The notes under the pieces: model-generated
Databases searched by the model: none
What the model was told of the DNA's origin: nothing
What the model saw: the letters and a program-made list of their open reading frames with translations, nothing else
Assembly (NCBI GenBank): GCA_900547225.1
Contig: URFW01000003.1
Span: 13,054 to 77,053 of the forward strand
Direction of reading: 5' to 3'
From: an uncultured Mycoplasmatota bacterium
GTDB taxonomy: Bacteria; Bacillota_I; Bacilli_A; RF39; UBA660
DNA length: 64,000 nt
Part shown: positions 8,934-17,980 of the stretch, one piece after another
Numbering within the stretch: position 1 is the stretch's first letter
How the letters are laid out: each line of letters opens with the position of its first letter
Program-made: the position numbers and the translations under genes

Positions 8934-9587
8934 TTAATCAGCAGAACTGTAATTTAAAGTAATATTACCAAATGCAACGTTAAAGTCACCATCTGCTCTA
9001 TTTGTACCAGCTTCATATTCTAGAGTAATAACTACTGCTTCGCCATTTTCTTTAGCTAAGGTATGACCAGTTATAGAAGCTTTGCCAGTTGATGTTTCAA
9101 GTTCATTTCCAACTTTTACTTTAACAGAAATCTTTTCACAAGCTTTTTGAACTAATTCATCACTTGTTCCAGCAGATGCAGTACAAACTTTAGTAGCGTT
9201 TTGTCCAGTTATGTTTTCAAATACTATACTTTTTAAGAATGCATTTAACTCACCAGCATTATAAGCATAAAATTTATACACAGCTGTTTGTCCAGGTTCG
9301 GTAAAAGTTGCACTTAAATTTGAAATGGTTGGATCGTTACTATTATCAATTATACCGTTTGTTGCAACAAGGCTGTTTGGTGTAACAACTGGAGTAATTT
9401 CAGTAACTTCAGCTTTTGATTCAGCACTAGAGAAAATAACGTTCATAGTACTATTATCTGGTTTTACATTTGCACTAGATTGAATGTTTAAAACATTAGA
9501 AAATGATGCAAAATCAATAGATAAACCAATAACTCCAACGATTAAAGCAACTATTGCTATTACCTTTGCCTTTTTATTTCTTTCCAT
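8934..9587 (-). CDS. divergent TasA/camelysin-like secreted protein (paralog of the 35.8-39.4 kb family)
   Basis: N-terminal K-rich segment plus hydrophobic helix ending in ...DFASFSN, comparable to the AxFSD SipW-cognate motif. The body and C-terminus align with the other paralogs (EPGQTAVYKFYAYNAGELNAFLKS versus YPGAYVTIPVTITNKGSVSAKLKN, and ITLEYEAG versus ITLEYEQAK). Confidence 0.55.
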   Translation of the reverse strand: MERNKKAKVIAIVALIVGVIGLSIDFASFSNVLNIQSSANVKPDNSTMNVIFSSAESKAEVTEITPVVTPNSLVATNGIIDNSNDPTISNLSATFTEPGQTAVYKFYAYNAGELNAFLKSIVFENITGQNATKVCTASAGTSDELVQKACEKISVKVKVGNELETSTGKASITGHTLAKENGEAVVITLEYEAGTNRADGDFNVAFGNITLNYSSAD

Positions 9588-9729
9588 TTGCCTATCATCC
9601 TATGTTAATAATTGTAGCATAGCTAAAATAATTTACGCTTTAATGACTTTTCGTTATAAATTTGTTACAATATATGTAATGATAGTTTACTAGGTGGTGC
9701 GGTAGTTGCGGAAGGTGGTGAAATTGATA

Positions 9730-10160
9730 ATGTTAGTCAGAGAAAAATTGAGTTATGATTATTATATTAATTGGAAACCAAAAAGCAATATGTATAATAA
9801 AATTGATAAAGATATAACAAATGATTTATTAATAAAAATGTATAATGAATATATAGTAAAATTAAGTGAATTTATTAAAGAACTAAACAAGATTAAAAAA
9901 ATATAAAAAAACTAGAATTCAAACCCAATTATAGGCAAATTGGTGGATATAAAAGATGCGTTGTTAATTATCCAGATAAGGTATGGAACGAAAAATATGA
10001 GCAATATATTCAAGCGTACAAAGAATTAATGGTGGATTTTTTATATTATTCTCCCGATTTGGATTATGATGATTTATCAATCAATGAAATAGATATTTTA
10101 AAAGAAAGGGCTTCATTTTTAGTGACACGGGCAGAAATTAATATTAATGATTTAATGTGA
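9730..10160 (+). pseudogene. possible frameshifted gene: ORF 9730-9906 continues in another frame (9909-10160) after an A-rich run
   Basis: Two consecutive ORFs lie in different frames and are separated only by AAAAAAATATAAAAAAAC. The second, about 84 codons, has no start codon of its own but good coding character (…FKPNYRQIGGYKRCVVNYPDKVWNEKYEQYIQAYKELMVDFLYYSPDLDYDDLSINEIDILKERASF…). RBS AAGGTGGTG precedes ATG 9730. Confidence 0.25.
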
Positions 10161-10203
10161 TTAATTGAACATAGGAAAAAAATTGAAAAGGTGATTATGT
10201 ATT

Positions 10204-10719
10204 ATGAAAGATGAAAGATATTCAATAATTTATAGTAGTAAAACAGGAAACACAAAAAAACTTGCAGAAACAATTTATAAAATTTTACCTCGAAATGAGT
10301 GTGATTATTATTGTGCAGCAGATAAAATTGATTATGAATTAAGTGATGTGATTTATATTGGATTTTGGACAGAAAAAGGAGATGCTGATTCTTTAACAAT
10401 AGAATTTTTAAAGCAATTAAAAAACAAAAAAATATTTTTATTTGGAACAGCAGGATATGGTGAAAGTGAAAAATACTTTAAAAATATTATAAATAATGTA
10501 AAAAGAAACATTGATAGTAGCAATATAATAATAGGAACTTTTATGTGCCAAGGTAAAATGCCTTTGTCAGTTAGAGCAAGGTATGAAAAGATGAAGCAAC
10601 AAAACAACTTATCAATAAACGTAGATAACTTAATTACAAACTTTGATAAAGCTTTATCACACCCAAATGAAAAAGATTTAAAAAAATTAGAAAAAATTAT
10701 AAAAAGTATTTATAGTTAA
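10204..10719 (+). CDS. flavodoxin-domain protein
   Basis: IIYSSKTGNTKKLAE matches the flavodoxin FMN-phosphate loop (T/S-x-T-G-x-T). Length is 171 aa. Confidence 0.75.
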   Translation: MKDERYSIIYSSKTGNTKKLAETIYKILPRNECDYYCAADKIDYELSDVIYIGFWTEKGDADSLTIEFLKQLKNKKIFLFGTAGYGESEKYFKNIINNVKRNIDSSNIIIGTFMCQGKMPLSVRARYEKMKQQNNLSINVDNLITNFDKALSHPNEKDLKKLEKIIKSIYS

Positions 10720-10748
10720 AATTATAATTTTTAAAAAGGAGAATTGAT

Positions 10749-11207
10749 ATGAAAAAGATAGTATTTGTTATTTTACTATGTGGGGTTATGGTTTTAGCAA
10801 TGACAGGTTGCAAGAATGTAAAAAATAAACTTGATATAGGAAATAAGTCTGATATTAAGGTGTCACAAAATGATGTTATAATGACTATTAAAGATGGAAC
10901 ATTAACAAATAAAAGTGTAACTTTAATTTTAACTAATAATAGTGATAGAAAGATTCAATATGGAAGTCCTTACGAAATAGAGATTAAAAAAAATGGAGAA
11001 TGGTATAAAATAAATGCTAAATTAAACTTTACTTTACCATTATTTATTCTTGAGTCTAAAAAGAAGAATGAATTTAAACTTAACTTTGAAGAAGGATACG
11101 GAAAATTACCATCTGGGACTTATAGAGTTATAAAAAAAATTGATAAAGAAAAAGAAGATGGATTATTTGATAGTTTTTATGTATCTACTGAATTTACTAT
11201 TAAATAA
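10749..11207 (+). CDS. putative lipoprotein
   Basis: Signal peptide with lipobox LAMTGC. Confidence 0.6.
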   Translation: MKKIVFVILLCGVMVLAMTGCKNVKNKLDIGNKSDIKVSQNDVIMTIKDGTLTNKSVTLILTNNSDRKIQYGSPYEIEIKKNGEWYKINAKLNFTLPLFILESKKKNEFKLNFEEGYGKLPSGTYRVIKKIDKEKEDGLFDSFYVSTEFTIK

Positions 11208-11260
11208 AGTTACAAACTAGTTAAAAAGTAAATTTAATATTAATTTTGGAGTAATAAATT

Positions 11261-11809
11261 ATGAAAAGATGCACATGGTGTAATTTAAATAATGAAATTT
11301 ATGTTAACTATCATGATAATGAGTGGGGAGTTTTAAATCTTGACGATACTTATTTATTTGAAATGCTTATATTAGAATTATTTCAAGCAGGATTATCTTT
11401 TGAATGCGTTTTAAATAAAAGAGAGTATTTTAAAGTGGCATATGATAATTTTGATGTTAATAAAGTTTCTTTATATAATGAAAATAAGATAAATGAACTT
11501 ATGAATAATAAAAATATAATAAGAAACAAGCTAAAAATAAAAGCTAGTATAAATAATGCTAAAATATTTAATAATATAAAAAATGAATATGGATCATTTC
11601 ATAATTATTTAAAGATGTTTACTAACGATAAAATTATATATGAAAATGATAAAACAACATCAAAATTATCGGATGCTATTTCAACTGATTTAAAAAGAAG
11701 GGGTATGAAATTTATTGGAAGTACAATTATTTATGCTTATTTGCAAGCAGTAGGGATTATAAACTCACATGATGATGGTTGTTATAAACATGCAAAAAAG
11801 GCTTCTTAA
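11261..11809 (+). CDS. tag: DNA-3-methyladenine glycosylase I
   Basis: MKRCTWC...YHDNEWGV N-terminal Zn/substrate motif and C-terminal HDDGCYKH. Length of 182 aa is typical of Tag. Confidence 0.85.
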   Translation: MKRCTWCNLNNEIYVNYHDNEWGVLNLDDTYLFEMLILELFQAGLSFECVLNKREYFKVAYDNFDVNKVSLYNENKINELMNNKNIIRNKLKIKASINNAKIFNNIKNEYGSFHNYLKMFTNDKIIYENDKTTSKLSDAISTDLKRRGMKFIGSTIIYAYLQAVGIINSHDDGCYKHAKKAS

Positions 11810-11821
11810 AAGCCTTTTTAA

Positions 11822-12532
11822 TTATGCTAATTTTACTATGTTTAAATAAGCACTTGTTCCACTTGTTGGAGTTACTGTTGCGTTAGTGCTAGATTCAAGT
11901 GCTAGAGCTATTTCATCACCATTTTGAAGTGTTACAATAATACTTCCTTGAAGTGATTCATCACTATTAGCAGTTACTTCTTTTGTTATTGTAGAACCTG
12001 CTATTTGTGTTGTATTTTTTGTTACGTCAAGTGTTAATGTTGCAGCTGCATTAGATGAGCCTTGGAATAGATAATCTATTTTATAAGTACCATCAGATGT
12101 TATTGTTAATGTATTAGCATTATTACCTGTTATGTTTTTTAATACTCCTGTTGTTGTAAGAGGTACTACAGTTTGTGTACTTGCTGTTAAGTTTATGGTG
12201 TTTTCAGTTGCATCATATTTACTTGCAAATGCATCAAGTGCATTTGATGCAGCAGGCCCAGTAGGACCAGTAGGCCCAGTAGGTCCGGTTTCACCTTGTG
12301 CACCAGTATTACCTGTTAAACCTTGAATGCCCTGAGGTCCAACAGGCCCAGTAGGTCCAGTAGGCCCAGTAGGTCCGGTAGGTCCAGTTGCTCCAGTAGG
12401 TCCAGCGGGACCTCCTGCAGGCCCAGTAGGCCCCGTTGGCCCTGGAATGTATCTTGGACAGCAACATTTGTTTTTTTTCATTTCTAATAAGGCAGCATTT
12501 AAAATATTACCTTCATAACATTCATTATTCAT
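11822..12532 (-). CDS. BclA-like collagen-like exosporium glycoprotein (GPT-repeat) with C1q/TNF-like C-terminal domain
   Basis: N-terminal CCCPRY followed by (GPT)n/GXY for about 70 aa ([63 protein letters not shown]). A Thr/Ser-rich 140-aa C-terminal domain follows. Possible sigma-K-type -10 CATATTATA about 25 nt upstream of the RBS, on the minus strand at 12555-12563. Confidence 0.8.
   Translation of the reverse strand: MNNECYEGNILNAALLEMKKNKCCCPRYIPGPTGPTGPAGGPAGPTGATGPTGPTGPTGPTGPVGPQGIQGLTGNTGAQGETGPTGPTGPTGPAASNALDAFASKYDATENTINLTASTQTVVPLTTTGVLKNITGNNANTLTITSDGTYKIDYLFQGSSNAAATLTLDVTKNTTQIAGSTITKEVTANSDESLQGSIIVTLQNGDEIALALESSTNATVTPTSGTSAYLNIVKLA
12250..12455 (-). repeat. in-frame 9-bp periodic GGN-CCN-ACN tandem repeat encoding the GPT collagen-like region
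   Basis: Runs of ccagtaggcccagtaggtccggt... are visible directly. This kind of tract typically varies in length between strains. Confidence 0.7.
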
Positions 12533-12661
12533 ATCAATTTTCTCCTTCCAAAGTATAATATGAACTCAAATAAATATTGCTTATTATGTTTGCTTTAGAA
12601 TGTGTTTTACTTTTCTCATATAAGATGTTATATTAATAATAGATTATAGAAGAGGTAGTGT

Positions 12662-13417
12662 ATGAAAAAAGGTAAAAAGATATTCCTAATAATTTTGGCT
12701 ATAATATTTATAATTATGTTTTTAATAGGTGTTATGGTAGTAAAGGACTTAAAAGAAGAAGATAAGTTAAGAGATGATATTTCTAGCATAAATGAACTTA
12801 TAAATAGTGATAATCCTGATGATAAATTAATTAACAAAAAACTAAAAACTTATGTTACAACAGGAGACAACTTATCACTAGAAAAAGCTGTTAAAAGATA
12901 TTATTTAGATTCTTATGACTTGGTTAAAAAATATAATAATATAGTCAATGTAGAAAAAATAAGTAATCTTGTATCAATAAATAATTTTATGTTTGATGGA
13001 AAAGATTTTAATATTTCAAAAAATTATATTAATGATATAAATAATAACTTAGATGAAGTAGTAAATGAGGTTAGTGAACAATTATCAGATAAAAATAGAA
13101 ATAAATATTTTGAAAAATATAAATTAGATTCATATTATAAAGATTTATATAATGAGCTTACTTTATCATTTGACTACTTTGGTTCAGAAAAGAGTTTTAG
13201 AAAAAATGTTAATGAACTAAAAGAACTTGTTGGTTTAATTAGTGATACGTTAAATTATTTATCCGATAATAAAAGTCATTGGTTGATATCAAATGATACA
13301 ATTATTTTTGATTCAAAGGAAAAACTAAGTGAATTTGGAATACTATTATCAAAAATAGAGGATAATAATGAGTATATAAATCAAAAAGAAATCACTAAGC
13401 AAGATGAAACATTATAG
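12662..13417 (+). CDS. hypothetical membrane-anchored protein
   Basis: N-terminal signal-anchor followed by a 220-aa Asn/Lys-rich body with no motif. Confidence 0.5.
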   Translation: MKKGKKIFLIILAIIFIIMFLIGVMVVKDLKEEDKLRDDISSINELINSDNPDDKLINKKLKTYVTTGDNLSLEKAVKRYYLDSYDLVKKYNNIVNVEKISNLVSINNFMFDGKDFNISKNYINDINNNLDEVVNEVSEQLSDKNRNKYFEKYKLDSYYKDLYNELTLSFDYFGSEKSFRKNVNELKELVGLISDTLNYLSDNKSHWLISNDTIIFDSKEKLSEFGILLSKIEDNNEYINQKEITKQDETL

Positions 13418-13503
13418 GCATAAATTAATTGGTTTATGTCTTTTCTTGATATAAAAATAAAATTGTGATATTATCTAGTTGCAATAAAAAGGAATGATTA
13501 TTA

Positions 13504-14352
13504 ATGAAAGATATTATATTAGATACTTTGTTAGATTCTGTTAAATTATTACCATTTTTGTTTATTACATTTTTAATAATGGAGTATATAGAACATAAAT
13601 TTAGTAAGAAAAGTAAAGAAAAAATTTCTAAAGCAGGAAAATATGGGCCTGTTGTAGGAAGCTTTTTAGGAGCTATCCCGCAGTGTGGTTTTTCTGTTAT
13701 GGCAACTAATCTTTATGCTACTAGAATAATAAGTGTTGGAACACTTATTTCTATTTACTTATCAACTTCTGATGAGATGCTTCCTATTTTAATATCGGAA
13801 AAGGCTGACGTGCTTATAATAATTAAGTTTTTAATTATTAAAATAATAATTGGTATGTTATGTGGTGTATTAATAGACTTTATTTTAAGGAAGAAAAAGA
13901 ATTATAAAAAAGATAAAATTAAAGATTTTTGTGAAGAACATCATTGTAATTGTTCACATAGTATAATAAAGTCAGCCTTAAAACATACTGTTAGCATAAC
14001 GTTATTTTTACTTGCTATAACATTTATTTTAAACTTAGGATTTCACTACCTAGGTTATGATAAAATAAGTAAATTATTTTTAAAAGATAATTTGTTTGGA
14101 TCATTTATATCTAGTCTTATTGGCCTTATACCAAATTGCGCATCTAGTGTTATGTTAACTAAACTTTATTTAGAGGGTGTTATTTCTTTTTATTCTTGCT
14201 TAGCTGGACTTCTTACGTCAAGCGGAGTTGCATTACTTTTACTATTTAAGGTAAATGAAAATAAAAAAGAGAACCTTAAAATATTATTAACCGTTTATTT
14301 AATTGGTGCTTTATCAGGTTTTATAATGGAATTGGTATGCTCTTTATTTTAA
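13504..14352 (+). CDS. polytopic permease of the ArsP_2/DUF2899-like putative metal exporter type, with internal duplication
   Basis: Two homologous halves, each carrying an (I/A)IP(Q/N)C(G/A)(F/S)SVM motif (AIPQCGFSVMATNLY and LIPNCASSVMLTKLY). A Cys/His-rich loop EEHHCNCSHS lies between them. Assignment is by motif memory only. Confidence 0.5.
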   Translation: MKDIILDTLLDSVKLLPFLFITFLIMEYIEHKFSKKSKEKISKAGKYGPVVGSFLGAIPQCGFSVMATNLYATRIISVGTLISIYLSTSDEMLPILISEKADVLIIIKFLIIKIIIGMLCGVLIDFILRKKKNYKKDKIKDFCEEHHCNCSHSIIKSALKHTVSITLFLLAITFILNLGFHYLGYDKISKLFLKDNLFGSFISSLIGLIPNCASSVMLTKLYLEGVISFYSCLAGLLTSSGVALLLLFKVNENKKENLKILLTVYLIGALSGFIMELVCSLF

Positions 14353-14406
14353 CTTCTTTATATAAGAAGTTTTTTTATGTTATAATAACTATAGGAGATG
14401 ATACAA

Positions 14407-15090
14407 ATGAAATTAGTATTAGTAAGACATGGTCAAAGTGTTTGGAATTTAGAAAACAGATTTACTGGATGGACTGATGTTGAATTATCGAATAATGGTA
14501 TTAAAGAAGCTAAAGAAGCAGGAAAGTTATTAAAAGAAAATGAATTTACGTTTGATGTAGCCTACACATCCGTTTTAAAAAGAGCAAATGAAACTCTTAA
14601 TATAATACTAAAAGAATTAGGAGAAGAAAACATTCCTATACACTATAGCTGGAAGTTAAACGAAAGGCATTATGGAGCTTTACAAGGGTTAAACAAGGAT
14701 GATACAAGAAAAAAATATGGAGATGAACAGGTTAAAATATGGAGAAGAAGTGCATTTGTGAGGCCACCATTGTTAAACGAAGAAGATGATAGGTATCCAG
14801 GTATGGATGATAAATATAAAGATTTGAAAAAAAGCGAGTTGCCACTTGGAGAATGCTTAATGGATACCTTAAAAAGGGTAATTGACTATTATGAAACAGA
14901 AATAAAAAAATCATTATTAAGTGGTCAAAATGTTATTATAGCAGCACATGGTAATAGTCTTAGAGCTTTAATTAAGTATTTAGAAGACATATCAGACGAT
15001 GATATTATGAACGTTGAAATACCAACTGGGAAACCTTATGTTTATGAATTAGATGATAATCTTAACATTATAAATAAGTACTATTTATAG
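14407..15090 (+). CDS. gpmA: 2,3-bisphosphoglycerate-dependent phosphoglycerate mutase
   Basis: [20 protein letters not shown] catalytic-His motif, and a C-terminal ...[10 protein letters not shown]. Start moved to ATG 14407, which is 11 nt after AGGAG. Confidence 0.9.
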   Translation: MKLVLVRHGQSVWNLENRFTGWTDVELSNNGIKEAKEAGKLLKENEFTFDVAYTSVLKRANETLNIILKELGEENIPIHYSWKLNERHYGALQGLNKDDTRKKYGDEQVKIWRRSAFVRPPLLNEEDDRYPGMDDKYKDLKKSELPLGECLMDTLKRVIDYYETEIKKSLLSGQNVIIAAHGNSLRALIKYLEDISDDDIMNVEIPTGKPYVYELDDNLNIINKYYL

Positions 15091-15140
15091 TATTTGACAA
15101 ATTACATTTAACTGTTATACTTTAAAAAAGAGGTGGAAAA

Positions 15141-15689
15141 ATGGCTAATCGTAAAAAAAGTAGAAATAAAAAAAATAATAATAATAAAAAAAATATTATA
15201 ATAGTTTTATACATTATATTAATAGTTGTAATTATAATGGTATTATCTGCGGTACTTACTAAAAGCAAAATTACATGTACTAAAAGCGTAAATGGCGATG
15301 TTTCTATAGATAGTAATGCTATATTTTATTTAAAAAAAAATAAAATAAAATATATTGAAGTTAGTAAAAAAATTTCGGTGAAAGATAATAATTCTATTAA
15401 TTATTTAGATGCAATTAAAACATCTTTAGAAAATAATTATAAGAAAGAAGGTATTTCTTATAAAGCTTCAAAGTCTGAAGGCAAGTTAAATGTTAAATTA
15501 AAATATATAAAAGAAAAAGAATATATATTAGATAATTTATTTATAGAAAAATCTAATGATGGAATAAATATTAATTTGCTAAGTGAAGATAAAGAAAATA
15601 ATTATGGCACTATTGATTTATCTAAAGAATATAGTGAGGAAAAAATAATAAAAATATTAAAAAAAGCTGATTATACATGTAAAAAGTGA
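15141..15689 (+). CDS. hypothetical membrane-anchored Lys-rich protein
   Basis: Basic N-terminus, one TM, and a Lys/Asn-rich ectodomain. Confidence 0.45.
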   Translation: MANRKKSRNKKNNNNKKNIIIVLYIILIVVIIMVLSAVLTKSKITCTKSVNGDVSIDSNAIFYLKKNKIKYIEVSKKISVKDNNSINYLDAIKTSLENNYKKEGISYKASKSEGKLNVKLKYIKEKEYILDNLFIEKSNDGININLLSEDKENNYGTIDLSKEYSEEKIIKILKKADYTCKK

Positions 15690-15840
15690 AAAAAAGTTAA
15701 AAACTCGAAAAAAGTCGAAAAAATGCTTGATTTATTGATTAAAATATAGTATCTTATTAGTGGAAGTACTCAATAAGAACTTCCCTTATTGTTTAAAGGA
15801 CACGGATCTTACCCACTGTGTTCTTTTCTATTTGAAAAAA

Positions 15841-15875
15841 ATCATACATTAACTTGTATGATTTCTTTTTCTTTT
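15841..15875. terminator. rho-independent terminator hairpin (ATCATACA-ttaact-TGTATGAT plus T-run), 150 nt after the upstream stop
   Basis: Read directly from the sequence. An A-run precedes it, so it can act on either strand. Confidence 0.6.
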
Positions 15876-16046
15876 ATAAACTTTACCTCCTTTTAAATCA
15901 ATGTTAGACTTCTTTTCTAAAAAGTCAGTTGACGCTTGTTTTAAAATTTCCATACTACTACTTTACCTTTTATACTATTTATAAAATAGAATTGCTATAT
16001 ATTATACGTAATATGTTATAATATTTTTATAGAAAGGAAAATACTT

Positions 16047-16892
16047 ATGAAAAAGATATTTATAGCATTATTAACACTTATAATTACGGTTTTAATATGT
16101 TTATTATCAGTTAGTTTTTGTATTAAAGATATAATAGTTGATACTTTATCTAAAGAAGTTGTTTCTTTAGAAATAAAAGAAAAGGTTACAAGTGAAATAA
16201 AAAAAGAATATACTGATATAGATTATGATACCTTAAGCAAGGTAGGAGACTCCATCCAAACTAGTAGTGAGGTATATAATATAACAGATAAGTATTTTGA
16301 TAACATAATAGAATCTGTTATTAAAGGTGATGATGTAGACGTTCCTAAAACAAAAGAGGAAATATTAAACTTAATAAATGAAAATGAGGGTATACTAACA
16401 AAAAATGGAATAGAAGTTTCTGATTCTAAAAAAGAGGAAATTGCAAGTGAGCTATCTGATGGTGGAAAATTAGATAAGATATATAAAAACGTTAGAAATA
16501 GTGTTAAGAAAAACTTAAGTACTAAGGAAATAGAACTAGTTAAAATGTATGATAGGATGACTAAACCTTTATTTAGATGGATTATCATAAGTATTATCTT
16601 AATTGCAACCATATTAATTGCGTTTTTAAAGAAAACTTATTACAGATGGACTCTTAACCTTGGCGTAAGCTTCCTATTATCAGGGATAGTTTTAGCTCTT
16701 TTAACTCCTTTAATAACGGATGATTTATCTTATCGTATAACTGAAAAAGTAATAGGAAAAGCATCTAGTATAAATGTAAATGCTTTAACTAATATTGGAT
16801 ACGGATTTTTAGCTATATGTGCTTTATTAATAATAATTTATGTTATTGGAAATAAAATAACGGGGTATAAGGAAAGAAAAGAAAATTATTAA
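16047..16892 (+). CDS. hypothetical membrane protein
   Basis: N-terminal TM, an acidic and Lys-rich ectodomain, and three C-terminal TMs. Confidence 0.5.
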   Translation: MKKIFIALLTLIITVLICLLSVSFCIKDIIVDTLSKEVVSLEIKEKVTSEIKKEYTDIDYDTLSKVGDSIQTSSEVYNITDKYFDNIIESVIKGDDVDVPKTKEEILNLINENEGILTKNGIEVSDSKKEEIASELSDGGKLDKIYKNVRNSVKKNLSTKEIELVKMYDRMTKPLFRWIIISIILIATILIAFLKKTYYRWTLNLGVSFLLSGIVLALLTPLITDDLSYRITEKVIGKASSINVNALTNIGYGFLAICALLIIIYVIGNKITGYKERKENY

Positions 16893-16904
16893 ACGAAAAA
16901 GATG

Positions 16905-17648
16905 CTACAGACTAGTTATAGCATCTTTTATTTTTTTAAATACGTTGCCTAATTTATCATAGATTACTATATCTGCTTTATAATCGCTTTTTGTTTCTTC
17001 TTTATTAATTAAGATGATATGTTTTCCATTAAAATAATTAATTAAAGAAGCTGCCGGGTATACCAAAAGACTAGTTCCTCCAATTATCAACGTGTCAGCT
17101 GATTTTATCTCATTTATAGCCTTATCTAATGTTTCATAATCGAGTGGTTCTTCATACAAAACAACATCAGGTTTGATTATGCCACCACAACTGCATAATG
17201 GAATTTCTTTGCTTTCTAAAACGTATTTTAAATCATATTTTTTATGACACTTTGTGCATGTATTTGAGTAAACTGTCCCGTGAAGATTTAAAACGTTTTT
17301 GGAGTGTGCCATCTCATGTAAACCATCTATATTTTGAGTTATTATAGAAGATAGTAATCCCTTTTCTTCCATAAGTGCAAGTGTTTTATGAACTACGTTT
17401 GGCTTATATCCTGTTGGGTTTAGTTTTTCTTTATAAAACTTGTAGAAATATTTTGGATTAGTATAAAAGAAATGATGGGATAAGATTTCTTCTGGAGGAA
17501 ATGCATATTGTTCACTATATAATCCATCCTTACTTCGAAAGTCCTTAATTCCACTTTCTGTTGATACTCCGGCACCACCAAAAAATACCGTTTTTTTAGA
17601 TCCTTTAATTATCTTTATTGTTTTTTCTATATCATTCATAATTATCAC
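16905..17648 (-). CDS. cobB: NAD-dependent protein deacylase (Sir2 family)
   Basis: GAGVSTESGIKDFR, QNIDGLH, and Zn ribbon CTKC...CSCG. The listed start is GTG; ATG 17639 is an alternative. Confidence 0.85.
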   Translation of the reverse strand: MIIMNDIEKTIKIIKGSKKTVFFGGAGVSTESGIKDFRSKDGLYSEQYAFPPEEILSHHFFYTNPKYFYKFYKEKLNPTGYKPNVVHKTLALMEEKGLLSSIITQNIDGLHEMAHSKNVLNLHGTVYSNTCTKCHKKYDLKYVLESKEIPLCSCGGIIKPDVVLYEEPLDYETLDKAINEIKSADTLIIGGTSLLVYPAASLINYFNGKHIILINKEETKSDYKADIVIYDKLGNVFKKIKDAITSL

Positions 17649-17821
17649 TACCTAATTTTATTATATAATTTAATAAATTATAAGTAAAGCGTTTAGATAT
17701 AAGACAAACACCAGGAAATGTTGGTATAAATGAAATGCATAATTTGAATTAATAAATACAAAATTAATTGACTTAAATATTTAAATATGTTAACTTAAAT
17801 TCAGTAAATAAAGAAAGGTGT

Positions 17822-17893
17822 ATGATTAATATGAAAATAAGATTTACTAACAAATTTATATTATGCAAGGTTAATCACGCACTATTTATGTAA
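17822..17893 (+). CDS. candidate 23-aa leader peptide upstream of the ABC exporter (speculative)
   Basis: MINMKIRFTNKFILCKVNHALFM with RBS GAAAGGTG. A 10-bp stem terminator follows at 17921-17949. Confidence 0.2.
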   Translation: MINMKIRFTNKFILCKVNHALFM

Positions 17894-17920
17894 CTTTTTT
17901 ATAAATATGAGTGTTTGTTT

Positions 17921-17955
17921 AATCTTGCTTAGAAAAATAAAGCAAGATTTTTTCT
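17921..17955 (+). terminator. rho-independent terminator or attenuator (AATCTTGCTT-agaaaaata-AAGCAAGATT plus TTTTTT) 25 nt upstream of the ABC exporter start
   Basis: Read directly from the sequence. Confidence 0.6.
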
Positions 17956-17980
17956 TGCCTAAAAAGGGAAGGTGATTTTA

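Noticed and set aside
9484-9693. 69-aa ORF overlapping the start of the TasA-like gene 8934-9587 and its promoter region
   Set aside because: It overlaps the N-terminus of a real gene on the other strand, and it has no SD and a hydrophobic low-complexity translation.
12250-12455. Periodic DNA repeat that superficially resembles a repeat array
   Set aside because: The period is 9 bp, it lies in-frame inside a CDS, and it encodes Gly-Pro-Thr collagen-like triplets. There are no spacers and no cas genes, so it is not a CRISPR.
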